DNA of 44,050 nucleotides from Escherichia phage BEU33. How positions within the stretch are numbered: the first letter of the stretch is position 1; every line of letters begins with the position of its first letter. The notes beneath the pieces are model-generated. The model was not told the DNA's origin and did no database searches. It saw only the letters and a program-made list of their open reading frames with translations. Both the position numbers and the translations under genes were made by a program. Shown here in pieces: positions 27,426 through 36,834 of this stretch. Location of the stretch: the sequence record OM632667.1. One strand, given 5' to 3'.

Positions 27426-29679
27426 ATCGCTTCATCTCCGCACCTTCAGCTACAAGAGGGAACCCCTCCGCCCATTCCGGCAATTCGCACATCAACCGCT
27501 CAAGCTCTGCTACATTGTATTCCGGTGAATCTGGTGTCTCGCAGATAATCTCATCGTGTACGTGAAGTACAATCGGGTAGCCGTTTGCTTCTACGTTCAG
27601 CAGGGCATTAGCCAGCAAATCACGGCACAATGCCTGAGTGCAGTTTTCCACCAGTTTACCCGAGTAGGTGTACTGGAACCCCCACTGACGGGTTAGCTGA
27701 TTTTCGCCCTGGTACTTAATGCGCACGTTAGTAGACACCTTCCCGTCTCCATCTGTTTCTTTCGACACGCTCAACCCGACGCCCGGATAAGACATAACGC
27801 GACCCGACGGCAACGTCATGCGCAACCACCAACCAGCGACTTTGTTGCCGTTGTTGTCCGTTTCTACGTTACGCGAAAACTTAACACCCCGCGGTCCCGC
27901 AGTGAACTCTTTACCTGGATTGCGGATAGCCGCCATAGCCGCGTCTTCAATATCACGCCAGAAAGCTACTGTTTCCGGGTGTGACTCACGCCACATGCGC
28001 TTGATAGCGTCGCAGGTACGCCACACTTTCTTATCAAGAATATACGATGGTCGGTCATCCTTTTCACCTGGCCGCGGAGGTCGCTTGGCTTCCTGAATAC
28101 GTGCCCATTCATAGCCGCGTGCAGTAGCGGCCCATATATGGTTGGGGAATGTCCCGTCCATTGTTTTTGCCATATCAACCAGGTTTAAGCCGAGGTTCTT
28201 AGCAAACTGAACGAAAGCACCGACACCACCAGCATAGCCAAGGCCCAATTCACATGCTTTACCTATCTGGCGTAGGTCACTACGGCTTTCGAGAATGTAA
28301 TCAGGGTCCATGCCGAACATCTTACCCGCGGTTACACAGTAAATATCCAATCCCGCACGGAAGGTATCGAGAGCGGTTTCTTCTCCCGCCAGCCATGCCA
28401 ACCCGCGACCTTCAACGTTAGAGTAATCAGCTACGACAAACTTACGCCCGGCTTCCGGTATGATGCAGCTACGCACCGTCGATGCCGTTAGCTTGGCTAC
28501 ATCGAAACGGCGATGCGCGCGGCCTTTAAACAACAGGTCGATTCCGTAGGACAATGGGTGTGTTACTCTCCACCAGTCCTTCTCTGACATCCAGTCATAA
28601 CGTACTTTCTTCTTTTTATTCTTCGGGTCGTCATGATAGTACCCGCGCGCCAGGTTCTGTGGCTGGAAGCCTTTACCCGCGAACCGTAACGTACGCTTTG
28701 CCCCACCGTACTGGATACAACCGCGGCGTCGGTCGTCCGACGAGCGGCCTAACAGCAGCGGGTTATATTTCGTGGACGCTGTTGACGCGGCCCCGAGGCG
28801 CATTTCGATAATCGTGCGGGCGTCGTCAGGTAAATCATCATCGGCCAGCAGGTCATTCAGCGTCGACTTCTGTGCGTTGTGTATGCGGTGTGCGGGGGCC
28901 AGTTCACGTAGAATAGGCAGAAAGTCCTTACCGGTAAGCGAGCCGCCGTATTTACGTTGAGCTTCTTCCTGTAACTGTGCCTTGTGCTTCTCTACGGCTT
29001 CAATCGCGGCTTCCGCCAGTGCGACGTCAACCTTAAATCCGCGGTCGTTGATTAACTGGTCAAGTTCCAGTACACGGTCTTCGAACTCGGAGTTACCCCA
29101 ACGCGGCAGCTTATGGAAGACTTCACGCATCGCAGTGATGTCGCTCACGGCGTACCTGATGAACATCGCCCACTCGTCAGGGTGAGTTTCTGCGGTGTAG
29201 CGGCGGATTTTGTAGTTCTTCGGCGTCGGTTTAGAGAAACGCTTAATCAGAGCCTTGCCGCGTTTATCTTTCGCGTTGTCTGCAGACACGCCCAGCACTT
29301 CGCACAGCGCATCAAGAGAACCCGGCAGCGCGTGACGGAACGCCCAAATCATAGTATCAATGGTGTTACTTACCGGAATATCAAAGCCCCAGCAGTGTTT
29401 CATGATTAGGCGATCGAAAAGTCCACCGTTGTGCCATACCATCTTAATGCGACTGTTTGGCTTAACCAGACGGCGTAGAGCGCGGTGTAAATCCACGGGC
29501 ATATCACTGCCGTCGGTGCAATCCCATACCTGTACAGGCTCGTCGTCAAAAGCGTAGGTACAGATAAGCACTTCGGTAGTTGGATGCTCGGCGTAAGCAT
29601 AGGAGCCGACTTTCTTCAAATCGGCTTCGGAGAATGTTTCAAAGTCTAAGTAAAGCAATGTGTTCATAGTCTGTACCAC
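27415..29679 (-). CDS. family A DNA polymerase with 3'-5' exonuclease domain
   Basis: Exo motif LDFETFS, motif A DYSNVEGR, motif B RQIGKACELGLGYAGG, motif C VHDEI. Confidence 0.9.
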   Translation of the reverse strand: MVQTMNTLLYLDFETFSEADLKKVGSYAYAEHPTTEVLICTYAFDDEPVQVWDCTDGSDMPVDLHRALRRLVKPNSRIKMVWHNGGLFDRLIMKHCWGFDIPVSNTIDTMIWAFRHALPGSLDALCEVLGVSADNAKDKRGKALIKRFSKPTPKNYKIRRYTAETHPDEWAMFIRYAVSDITAMREVFHKLPRWGNSEFEDRVLELDQLINDRGFKVDVALAEAAIEAVEKHKAQLQEEAQRKYGGSLTGKDFLPILRELAPAHRIHNAQKSTLNDLLADDDLPDDARTIIEMRLGAASTASTKYNPLLLGRSSDDRRRGCIQYGGAKRTLRFAGKGFQPQNLARGYYHDDPKNKKKKVRYDWMSEKDWWRVTHPLSYGIDLLFKGRAHRRFDVAKLTASTVRSCIIPEAGRKFVVADYSNVEGRGLAWLAGEETALDTFRAGLDIYCVTAGKMFGMDPDYILESRSDLRQIGKACELGLGYAGGVGAFVQFAKNLGLNLVDMAKTMDGTFPNHIWAATARGYEWARIQEAKRPPRPGEKDDRPSYILDKKVWRTCDAIKRMWRESHPETVAFWRDIEDAAMAAIRNPGKEFTAGPRGVKFSRNVETDNNGNKVAGWWLRMTLPSGRVMSYPGVGLSVSKETDGDGKVSTNVRIKYQGENQLTRQWGFQYTYSGKLVENCTQALCRDLLANALLNVEANGYPIVLHVHDEIICETPDSPEYNVAELERLMCELPEWAEGFPLVAEGAEMKRYAK

Positions 29680-29942
29680 GTCTGATAGTCTGCTTCTGTG
29701 AGATGGTCGTCGCGATCTTGTTTCTTGTTTTTACCGCGTTCTATGATTTCTGCCCAAGTCCGGTCTGGGTCTGTGTCTTCTATTAAATGTTTATGCTCCT
29801 CGCATGCATAGTGTTTATACCAGTCTCGTACACCGTAAGCTGGAGGGTATTTAGTCATCCAAATTGCTCTAACTTTTTTACCTTCTGCCTTACAAAATTT
29901 GCAGTATGTGATGCGTCTGTATCTCTTAAGTTCCGCTGCCAT
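29664..29942 (-). CDS. hypothetical Cys/His-containing small protein
   Basis: CKFCKAEG and YACEEHKH suggest metal binding; RBS AAGGG; overlaps polymerase start. Confidence 0.4.
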   Translation of the reverse strand: MAAELKRYRRITYCKFCKAEGKKVRAIWMTKYPPAYGVRDWYKHYACEEHKHLIEDTDPDRTWAEIIERGKNKKQDRDDHLTEADYQTWYRL

Positions 29943-29962
29943 TATTTTCGACCCTTAGTAAA

Positions 29963-29990
29963 AAGGCCCAATGAAGGGCCTTAGTTAAAT
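29963..29990 (-). terminator. stem-loop AAGGCCC-N6-GGGCCTT with T-rich tail on minus strand, possible attenuator
   Basis: Lies between SSB-like gene and the polymerase operon on the same strand. Confidence 0.4.
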
Positions 29991-30001
29991 TGATTCAGAA
30001 A

Positions 30002-30625
30002 TTAACGGCGGCGACGTTCGCGACGCGGTGCGTCTTCTTCGTCGTCTTCCAGGTCATCGACGCTTGCAGCTACTTTAGAACCACCGAACGCTTTACCTTC
30101 GCCTACGTATTTAATCGCCAGCAGGTTAACGCCGAGGACTTTATATTTCTGGCTGAACCAGATTTCTACGCTTACGTTAGCAACGCAGCCGCTGTAAACC
30201 TGTTCACCTTCAATCTGTTCACCGTCTACATTGAAGTCCTGCTCTACCTGAGTCTCGCCTTTTTTAGAGGTTACAATCAGCGGTTGTTTCTGTGCCTTCG
30301 CTTTGAAGTAGAAGCCTTCCGGGAAGTCTTCAAACGGATTGTCGCGCTCGGCAATGTCTTTAATCGCGCATTTATCCATGTGCTTACCTTCACCGTAGTT
30401 GGACTTCATCCATTTCTCGGCAGCGGCTGCGCCTAACGCTTCTTCAACTACAGCGTAAACGGTGTCGTAGAGTGCATCGATTTGAGCATGGTCAGACGGC
30501 AGGATGATAGTCGCGCTGTACTGGCCTTTAGTGATTGAGCCATCATCGTTTTCACGGTCTTTTTCACGTTCAAATACGTTAACCCATGCAGTGTTTACTT
30601 TACGCAGATTCAGTTTAATACCCAT
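30002..30625 (-). CDS. single-stranded DNA-binding protein-like (DUF2815-type)
   Basis: Acidic C-terminal tail DDLEDDEEDA and context next to nuclease and polymerase; family assignment from memory. Confidence 0.4.
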   Translation of the reverse strand: MGIKLNLRKVNTAWVNVFEREKDRENDDGSITKGQYSATIILPSDHAQIDALYDTVYAVVEEALGAAAAEKWMKSNYGEGKHMDKCAIKDIAERDNPFEDFPEGFYFKAKAQKQPLIVTSKKGETQVEQDFNVDGEQIEGEQVYSGCVANVSVEIWFSQKYKVLGVNLLAIKYVGEGKAFGGSKVAASVDDLEDDEEDAPRRERRRR

Positions 30626-30693
30626 CGTGATTTCTCGCTTTTCAGTTTATATTTCAAAGTTTACTCCGGGAAGCTGCCCGGCCAGTGATTAGA

Positions 30694-30722
30694 ACTATAA
30701 TAGCTAACTATTCAGGTGTCAA
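30694..30722 (-). promoter_or_regulatory. sigma70-like promoter TTGACA-N17-TATAGT on minus strand
   Basis: Consensus -35 with 17-bp spacer, about 60 nt upstream of the SSB-like start. Confidence 0.6.
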
Positions 30723-30911
30723 ATAAAATTTTGCAATAGGGATTATGTTCTCGAAATTAAGCATATTGGCCGGTTCGAACTCATCCTCTACAGGGTAGTA
30801 TCGCATCATGGTACCGTTCAAGAACGTGAACGATTCCGAGTGTAGATACCCATCCCAGTGCCATACCATCAAAAAATCTTTATCAGTCGGCATTTCATTT
30901 ACTTGAATCAT
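30708..30911 (-). CDS. hypothetical protein
   Basis: ATG 30911 with RBS GAGGAGG and ATGA overlap with upstream stop; ORF-track start 30941 less likely. Confidence 0.4.
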   Translation of the reverse strand: MIQVNEMPTDKDFLMVWHWDGYLHSESFTFLNGTMMRYYPVEDEFEPANMLNFENIIPIAKFYLTPE

Positions 30912-32149
30912 TCTAAATCCTCCTCTGTAACTTGATTCCACTCAGGACGTTTGTCATCCGCCGTTGCGACGCATGGCGCACCGGGCTTACGGGTAATGAA
31001 GTCTTTCAGTTCTTCTTCCGGTACAATTTTAACCGCTTCGGTCGGTGTCATAAGAACTACCTTTTGCAGCATAGTACCGTACTTCTCGAATACTGCATCG
31101 GTATCTTTCCACGCACGATTACCCGGGCGTCCTTCAACCAGTTTATACCCCGGCACTTTCTTACCGGAATGTAACGCAGCAGCCATAGCTTTCTCAACCT
31201 TGTCGATGTGCTGGCGCAACAACGGCAACTTCTCATACTCAGCTACGAGTTGCTCTGGCGTAAGCTCAAGTGCAAAGTCGTCCTCCAGTTCTTCCGCCAG
31301 CCCCGCGTTAACGGTTTTTGTACGCGCTGCGCATTGTTCAGAGAACCGACACCACTGACAACCATCTACCGACGGCTTGAAGTCCGACGCTTTCAGGTTC
31401 TTTTTACCCCGGAAATAGGCATCAAGAGCCAACAGCGCCCGTTTCTGTGCAAACTTAGCGAACAGTTCCAGACCTTCAACCGAGATGTCCCACTCCGATG
31501 CACCGCCAGCGTACGGCTGGAAGATGACCAGTCGAACGGTTGTTATGCTATAACGTCTCTTGAGTCGGCGATAAACGCCGAGAGCATAAAGCATAAGCTG
31601 CTTGTTTTCTTTCGCTTCGACACGATGCCGCCCGGTTTTCAGGTCGCAGATGATAAGCATGTGTTCGTCGGTGTTAGCCAGTTCCTGTATGGCAACAAGG
31701 TCAGCAGTTCCGAACGTCTCAACGCCTTCATACCCCGGATGCAATACCTCAGTAAGATTAACACGCATTTCCAGCTTGGCGTAAGTCGCTATATCGATAA
31801 TCGCCTTGCAGTAGTCGGTGTACTTGCGCACCTGCTCAATCATGTCCGCCGTAATCAGTACCGCGCCTTTCATCGGGCTGATTAGTGCCTTAATCTGGCC
31901 TTTGCCTTCATCCAGCACGTAAGCACCGACTTCACGCTCTAACGGCAGCGCAGTTCCGCGAATATAAGCGTTGAGATGGACCTCAGCTATGGTGTGCATT
32001 GCCGTGCCTAATACAGCGGCTTTACCTGACGTGTTAGGGATATCTTTTTCACAGGCCAGTGATGCCGCGCAACTTAGCCACTTTTTAGCCCCTGACGGCG
32101 ACAGTAAGGCATGTACATCGTTATTGCCGCCGCGTTCTTTAAGAATCAT
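30908..32149 (-). CDS. PD-(D/E)xK nuclease, DUF2800 / Cas4-like exonuclease
   Basis: N-terminal LSPSGAKKWLSCAAS, ICDLK (D/E)xK motif, C-terminal Cys cluster CQWCRFSEQC. Confidence 0.65.
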   Translation of the reverse strand: MILKERGGNNDVHALLSPSGAKKWLSCAASLACEKDIPNTSGKAAVLGTAMHTIAEVHLNAYIRGTALPLEREVGAYVLDEGKGQIKALISPMKGAVLITADMIEQVRKYTDYCKAIIDIATYAKLEMRVNLTEVLHPGYEGVETFGTADLVAIQELANTDEHMLIICDLKTGRHRVEAKENKQLMLYALGVYRRLKRRYSITTVRLVIFQPYAGGASEWDISVEGLELFAKFAQKRALLALDAYFRGKKNLKASDFKPSVDGCQWCRFSEQCAARTKTVNAGLAEELEDDFALELTPEQLVAEYEKLPLLRQHIDKVEKAMAAALHSGKKVPGYKLVEGRPGNRAWKDTDAVFEKYGTMLQKVVLMTPTEAVKIVPEEELKDFITRKPGAPCVATADDKRPEWNQVTEEDLE

Positions 32150-32508
32150 CGTAAACTCTCCAAATACAAGTTTAATGCCTGTAACTGTTCTTCTGTAGGA
32201 ATGAAAGAATCATCGCGATGTAAGTCGCTTAACTGTTGCAACATTCCTGCGAACTGACGTCTTGCGTCAACAGCGTCCATGTGATGCTTTTCACTTTTAT
32301 ATATTAATGTTTTCGGGTAATCCTCAAGCCTGCCAGACGATTTATTCACGCGGAGCGCACGAGCTTCATGCACAATGTGAATGTACTTTTTGCCGTTTTG
32401 TAACACAGTAGCTACGCCGCTGCTCTTTCTGCGGTCGCCGACTGTGTAAACCTTGTCGCCACTACGCAGATTAAGCCACCATTTATCGGTCATACCCTGT
32501 TCTCCCAC
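32146..32508 (-). CDS. hypothetical protein
   Basis: ORF translationally coupled in the minus operon. Confidence 0.4.
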   Translation of the reverse strand: MGEQGMTDKWWLNLRSGDKVYTVGDRRKSSGVATVLQNGKKYIHIVHEARALRVNKSSGRLEDYPKTLIYKSEKHHMDAVDARRQFAGMLQQLSDLHRDDSFIPTEEQLQALNLYLESLR

Positions 32509-32762
32509 TGGTCAATTAAATGTCGTGTCTGGTGCTGGCAGTGCATGGCCCAGCTATACATCGACTCGAAGACATAAAAGTCAGGCTTGGCAAAAGTCGT
32601 GCGCTTAATCTGCGACACGTGACGGCCTATATCTTTGGGCCTGGGTACTTTGCCTAAGTACGCCATCTCTTCCATCTGGTGCGCACCGGAAGGAGCGCGC
32701 AATAGCCATAGAGCCTCCGTGTTATCCCGTCGGTCAATACCTCGGTAGAGTTGGTAAATCAT
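32490..32762 (-). CDS. hypothetical protein
   Basis: ORF in the minus operon. Confidence 0.35.
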   Translation of the reverse strand: MIYQLYRGIDRRDNTEALWLLRAPSGAHQMEEMAYLGKVPRPKDIGRHVSQIKRTTFAKPDFYVFESMYSWAMHCQHQTRHLIDQWENRV

Positions 32763-32804
32763 ATTACGACCCTCTGTTAAAGCGGCCAGAAGGCCGCGGG
32801 ATAG

Positions 32805-33308
32805 TTATTCTTCTTCGAAATACTTGTTCTTAATCGCCGTCAGGCGTTTCAGGTATTCAGCCAGGTCTTCGTCTTTAATCGCGGCAATCTTCATTTTCTT
32901 ACCGGTGAACTCCTCCAGCAGTTCATCGGAATCGTCGCACGCAGCATCGCTAGGACCTTCGTTAATTGCATCGTCGATAGCCTGAATCTGGTCACGAAGA
33001 GACTGGTAATCGACCTCTTCTTTCTCTTCTTCTGGTTCTGGAGTCGGCTCCTCTACTTTAGCTTTACGCGGCTTGCGTTTCGGCTTCTCTTCTTCTTCTG
33101 CTGGTTTAGCGTCAACGATGTCTTCACCTTCAACAGGGATTTCTTTTGTTGCTTCTTTTTCGCACTCAGCTACCGCTTCTTTGGTATACACTACCGTCTC
33201 TACTTCTAACGGCGCTGCAACTTGTGCTGACTGTTTCGCACTGTTCGCAGCAATCAGTTCATGTGCAACTACGAAACGTTCCAGTAATTTTAAGAATTGT
33301 TCTAACAT
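32805..33308 (-). CDS. hypothetical highly acidic protein
   Basis: Long E/D-rich stretches; early position in leftward operon. Confidence 0.4.
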   Translation of the reverse strand: MLEQFLKLLERFVVAHELIAANSAKQSAQVAAPLEVETVVYTKEAVAECEKEATKEIPVEGEDIVDAKPAEEEEKPKRKPRKAKVEEPTPEPEEEKEEVDYQSLRDQIQAIDDAINEGPSDAACDDSDELLEEFTGKKMKIAAIKDEDLAEYLKRLTAIKNKYFEEE

Positions 33309-33330
33309 TTGTTTCTCCTGTTTATTTAGG

Positions 33331-33558
33331 TTACTCGCCGTCGCCTTCTGTAAGGCTATCGTCTATTAATTCAAATTTACCGTTTGAGTGTTGGATAGCT
33401 TCTTGCCCGCAATGGTCGCAAACCACCAGTTTATCGAATCCGTCAAACTCGTCCCCGACTACGCAAGAAAGTACAAATTTATGTTTTGTACATACTTCTT
33501 GATGTTCACCGAAAATTACCCGGAAACATTTAGTTATAGCTCCAGTGATTATGTTCAT
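33331..33558 (-). CDS. small Cys-rich protein, putative zinc ribbon
   Basis: CxxC-type pattern CDHCGQ plus upstream Cys; RBS GAGGTGA; first gene of leftward operon. Confidence 0.5.
   Translation of the reverse strand: MNIITGAITKCFRVIFGEHQEVCTKHKFVLSCVVGDEFDGFDKLVVCDHCGQEAIQHSNGKFELIDDSLTEGDGE
33359..33518. repeat. inverted repeat, copy A of about 160 bp at about 87 percent identity to 34190-34349
   Basis: Hand alignment of the reverse complement of this segment with 34190-34349. Confidence 0.7.
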
Positions 33559-33586
33559 ATCTTCACCTCTCGTTTGGTATGGGCTA

Positions 33587-33616
33587 ACTATAATAGCGAA
33601 CTATTCATGATGTCAA
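33587..33616 (-). promoter_or_regulatory. sigma70-like promoter TTGACA-N18-TATAGT on minus strand
   Basis: Consensus -35, about 25 nt upstream of the 33558 start; divergent from the HTH gene. Confidence 0.6.
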
Positions 33617-33680
33617 TGGGCTTTTCTAAAATAATTAATATGGTACTATTCACACATCAACTGACTAAGGAGTAATTGAC

Positions 33681-33896
33681 ATGCAACCATCCGAACTAGG
33701 CATCCGTGTAGAGCAACGCCGTAAAGAACTCGGCATCTCCCAGCGCCGTCTGGCGGTCCTGACCGGCGTTTCCCAGGGCGCAATTAACCAGCTGGCTCTC
33801 GGTGTAACTCAGGACGTCCGCCCGGCAACGTTGTTTAAACTGGCGGAAGTGCTGGAAGTAGACGCTAAGTGGCTGGCGTTCGGTGAAGGGGCTTGA
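33681..33896 (+). CDS. XRE-family HTH regulator (Cro-like)
   Basis: 71 aa with ISQRRLAVLTGVSQGAINQL helix-turn-helix; RBS AAGGAG; lone plus-strand gene between leftward operons. Confidence 0.75.
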   Translation: MQPSELGIRVEQRRKELGISQRRLAVLTGVSQGAINQLALGVTQDVRPATLFKLAEVLEVDAKWLAFGEGA

Positions 33897-33909
33897 CGCC
33901 CCTTTCTTT

Positions 33910-34107
33910 TTATTGCACCTTTATCGGGTATCTTTTGCGAAACTTACCTAACCCGCAGTACACGCTGTAAGCCTCTGTGTAACTGAACACAACATGATAC
34001 CCGCGCCCATAAGGAACTACGTTAAGAACTTCTACTACTTCGCCTCTGTGGTTGGTGTATTTATTACCTTTCAGTTCGTCGCTTACTTCTTTAAATTTAC
34101 CGCTCAT
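33910..34107 (-). CDS. hypothetical protein
   Basis: 65-aa ORF with strong RBS GAGGAGG. Confidence 0.45.
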   Translation of the reverse strand: MSGKFKEVSDELKGNKYTNHRGEVVEVLNVVPYGRGYHVVFSYTEAYSVYCGLGKFRKRYPIKVQ

Positions 34108-34189
34108 TCCAAATCCTCCTCTGTCACTGTCAACATTTCATTCGGTTCGTATATTGTCTTTGGAATCTTGTTATCAGTTATGTTTTCAC

Positions 34190-34349
34190 GCAATTTTCGG
34201 CGCACCGCAAGAAGTATGCACTAACCATAAATTTGTACTTTCTTGCGTGGTGGGGGATGAGTTTGATGGGTTCGATAAACTTATTGTCTGTGACCATTGC
34301 GGGCAAGAAGCTATACAACACTCAAACGGTAAATTCGAACTAATTAACG
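34190..34349 (+). repeat. inverted repeat, copy B; degenerate paralog of gene 33331-33558 without a credible start
   Basis: Encodes FGAPQEVCTNHKFVLSCVVGDEFDGFDKLIVCDHCGQEAIQHSNGKFEL on plus strand but has no ATG or RBS; overlaps the 3' end of the primase-helicase gene. Confidence 0.6.
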
Positions 34350-36542
34350 AATTCTGGTGTTCAGCCTGTAACGACCTGGGATTATCTGATTGTTTTCGTC
34401 AGTACCCGGAACAAGATACCCGGCCTCAACCATTTTCTTAATCTTCCCGCGTTCTATGGCTTCTTTGGAGTTAAACGCCTTTGCGTTGGGGTCTGACTGT
34501 GCGAGCTTATTCGCCGCGGCGACTGTGATGCCTTCGTTGCCGTTGTAGGTTCCTTCCGCCAGTTCAAACGCCGCGAGTATCGTGGCCTCCGAACTGTTGA
34601 CGGCGTTCTCTACGGTTTTACGTACATTTTCTTTACCTTCTTTCGTCAACCCTTCTTCCCGCTCTTTCTCCTCGTCAGTTTTGAACGGCTCGAAACCCCA
34701 CGGCATCAACACAAGCGCCTTGTGTGGTTCAGGCAGGTCCAGGTTTACGATTGTGCCGTATTCCTCTGTGCTACCCAGGAACTCAACCGCTCGGTATTCT
34801 TTAGGTGGCGGCGCTTCACGGAACTGTACCGACTCCAGCACCATGCCAACCGTCTTCTGCTGAGGCCCGTGCTTGAATTTCGAGTGATATACGTTTATCT
34901 GACGGTCGGTTGCACGTTCGATTGTCAGTTCCACATCAACACCCGCATACAGCGCCCCACTGCCGCGTGCTTTCTTTCCACCCTTCGGCGTATGGTGGAC
35001 AACGCCTACTGCGGCTTTAGTTGCATCGCGTACTTCTTTCAGAATGGCGATAACTTTACCCATGCCGATTGCTGTTGATGAACTGTTCTCGTCGAACTTA
35101 TCAATCGTCAGTGCCAGGGTCTGGTTAAGGGTGTCGAACGCAACCATGCCAATTGGCTCGTCGCCAGCAGTTTCGCGCATTAACTTAATCAGGCTTTTAA
35201 GTTTGCCGACTTCGCCCATATCGATGACATGTACATAATCTTTACCTTCCTCGCCGTATTTAGCCGCGAGCGCATCAATACGTGTACGTGTGGCTGCCCC
35301 ACCCTCGCCGTCGATATAGAAATGGTGACAACGCTGGGTGTCAGCCCCTGCAAACCGGTATCCGGCGGCGCTCAGGTACATCATCCCCAGCGTATAGAAT
35401 GATTTGTACGTGCCCGATTCTCCGACGATACCCCAGATACAATCCGACGGCATGTACCCCTCAACGACGAAATCAGCCTTTACCGGCTCCGGTAACTCGT
35501 CCTCCTCTGAGTCCTCGTCGTCTTCCAGGTCGTCGAGGCTGCATGAGACAGATTCACGCGCCCCCCAACCGATGGCCTCTGCGACTTCACTGAACGGCAG
35601 CCCGGTCGCATCGCACGCGTACTTCCACACCTCTTTCGGTGACAGGCCTTCTGTCGCCGTAATGTCTGTGTCGTGAATCATGGTTACGTTTGGCGCTTCA
35701 TACCCCTCGCGCGGGAAGCACAGCAGGAAGTCGTCCGGGCGCGGTGTCGGGTCGCTGTAGTTTTCAGCATGTTCCGGTGTGGCTGGCATCTTAAGGCCGC
35801 GCGGCGTCATGACGCCGCCGTACTCAAACGCCAGTGCTTCAAACGCGTCTGTAAACGCGGTGCGCAGTTCTTCCGGTATCTGGTAATCCGATGCGCTGCT
35901 AACGTCAACGGCTGGGATGCCTTCCAGTAACTCGTTCGGGTCGATCAGGTCGTTGCGGCGCGACCAGATAACGGTAGCGCCGACCGGCGGCAGGTACATC
36001 GGCTGCGACAGAGTGAACCCGCTGCGGTCCGCACCCATGCCTTTGAAGAAGTGCTCCAGCAACCCATGACGAACACGGATGATATCACCACCCTCAACTG
36101 GGCGGGCCAGCGGCATGACGACGCGAAAGCGAGGCGACTCATCGGTATGTGATGCCGTGGTGTAGAGACACATCGCCCGGCGGCTGCGATTAACCAGGCG
36201 CACCGCTTCCTGGTACTCTTCCGGTGTTGCACTGTCGAAGTCCAGATACGCCAGCGACGATTTGCTCACAGACGCGTCACAGCGATAGAAGAAGCCTTTA
36301 CGCGCTTGTTTAAAGCCACCGGTTTCCGGGTCTTTTACGGTGCTGTGTGTAGAATCGCACGCGGCCGTGATATAACCGGGCGCAGTCTTGGGGTTAATCC
36401 CGTCACGAACGGCATCGAGCGGCTGGATTAACTCTTTCAGGTCGTCCAGTGTTGCCGTGTGTGCGGTTCTGACATTTATATCCTTTTTCCCCGCCCGCGC
36501 GTTGCGGCGTGACCACGAGTAGGATAAAATTACATCGGACAT
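34344..36542 (-). CDS. DNA primase-helicase (AEP-type primase-polymerase domain plus RecA-like ATPase)
   Basis: DxD motif in AYLDFDS, SHTD motif, Walker A GESGTYKS, Walker B-like MVAFD. Confidence 0.6.
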   Translation of the reverse strand: MSDVILSYSWSRRNARAGKKDINVRTAHTATLDDLKELIQPLDAVRDGINPKTAPGYITAACDSTHSTVKDPETGGFKQARKGFFYRCDASVSKSSLAYLDFDSATPEEYQEAVRLVNRSRRAMCLYTTASHTDESPRFRVVMPLARPVEGGDIIRVRHGLLEHFFKGMGADRSGFTLSQPMYLPPVGATVIWSRRNDLIDPNELLEGIPAVDVSSASDYQIPEELRTAFTDAFEALAFEYGGVMTPRGLKMPATPEHAENYSDPTPRPDDFLLCFPREGYEAPNVTMIHDTDITATEGLSPKEVWKYACDATGLPFSEVAEAIGWGARESVSCSLDDLEDDEDSEEDELPEPVKADFVVEGYMPSDCIWGIVGESGTYKSFYTLGMMYLSAAGYRFAGADTQRCHHFYIDGEGGAATRTRIDALAAKYGEEGKDYVHVIDMGEVGKLKSLIKLMRETAGDEPIGMVAFDTLNQTLALTIDKFDENSSSTAIGMGKVIAILKEVRDATKAAVGVVHHTPKGGKKARGSGALYAGVDVELTIERATDRQINVYHSKFKHGPQQKTVGMVLESVQFREAPPPKEYRAVEFLGSTEEYGTIVNLDLPEPHKALVLMPWGFEPFKTDEEKEREEGLTKEGKENVRKTVENAVNSSEATILAAFELAEGTYNGNEGITVAAANKLAQSDPNAKAFNSKEAIERGKIKKMVEAGYLVPGTDENNQIIPGRYRLNTRIR

Positions 36543-36600
36543 GTTGTATTTCCTTCAGCAAGTAATTTGGCCTCGGCGTTCACCGCGTCGGGGCTTTCTT

Positions 36601-36834
36601 TTATTCCAGGTCTTCTAAAGTAGCGGTCATTCCGCGAACTTCAGCAAAGGCACTATATTTCCCGCCAACATTTTTCACGACGCCAGATTTAACCAGCACT
36701 TTTAACGACCCTTCAATAATGACGGAACTATAGTACTTAAAATAACTGCGGCGCAAGTCGATAACGCTGCACGACCCTTTTTTACGTGTCAACGAAACGA
36801 CCGCCGTAAATACGCGTGACTGAAACTCGGTCAT
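36601..36834 (-). CDS. hypothetical protein
   Basis: 77-aa ORF coupled to the downstream primase operon. Confidence 0.4.
   Translation of the reverse strand: MTEFQSRVFTAVVSLTRKKGSCSVIDLRRSYFKYYSSVIIEGSLKVLVKSGVVKNVGGKYSAFAEVRGMTATLEDLE

Noticed and set aside
31208-31885. 225-aa plus-strand ORF antisense to the PD-(D/E)xK nuclease gene
   Set aside because: Overlaps a gene with recognisable motifs on the other strand; no RBS.
34052-34441. 129-aa plus-strand ORF as an intact gene
   Set aside because: No ATG or RBS; the upstream half has no homology to the paralog; the 3' end overlaps the primase-helicase gene. Treated as a degenerate repeat copy.
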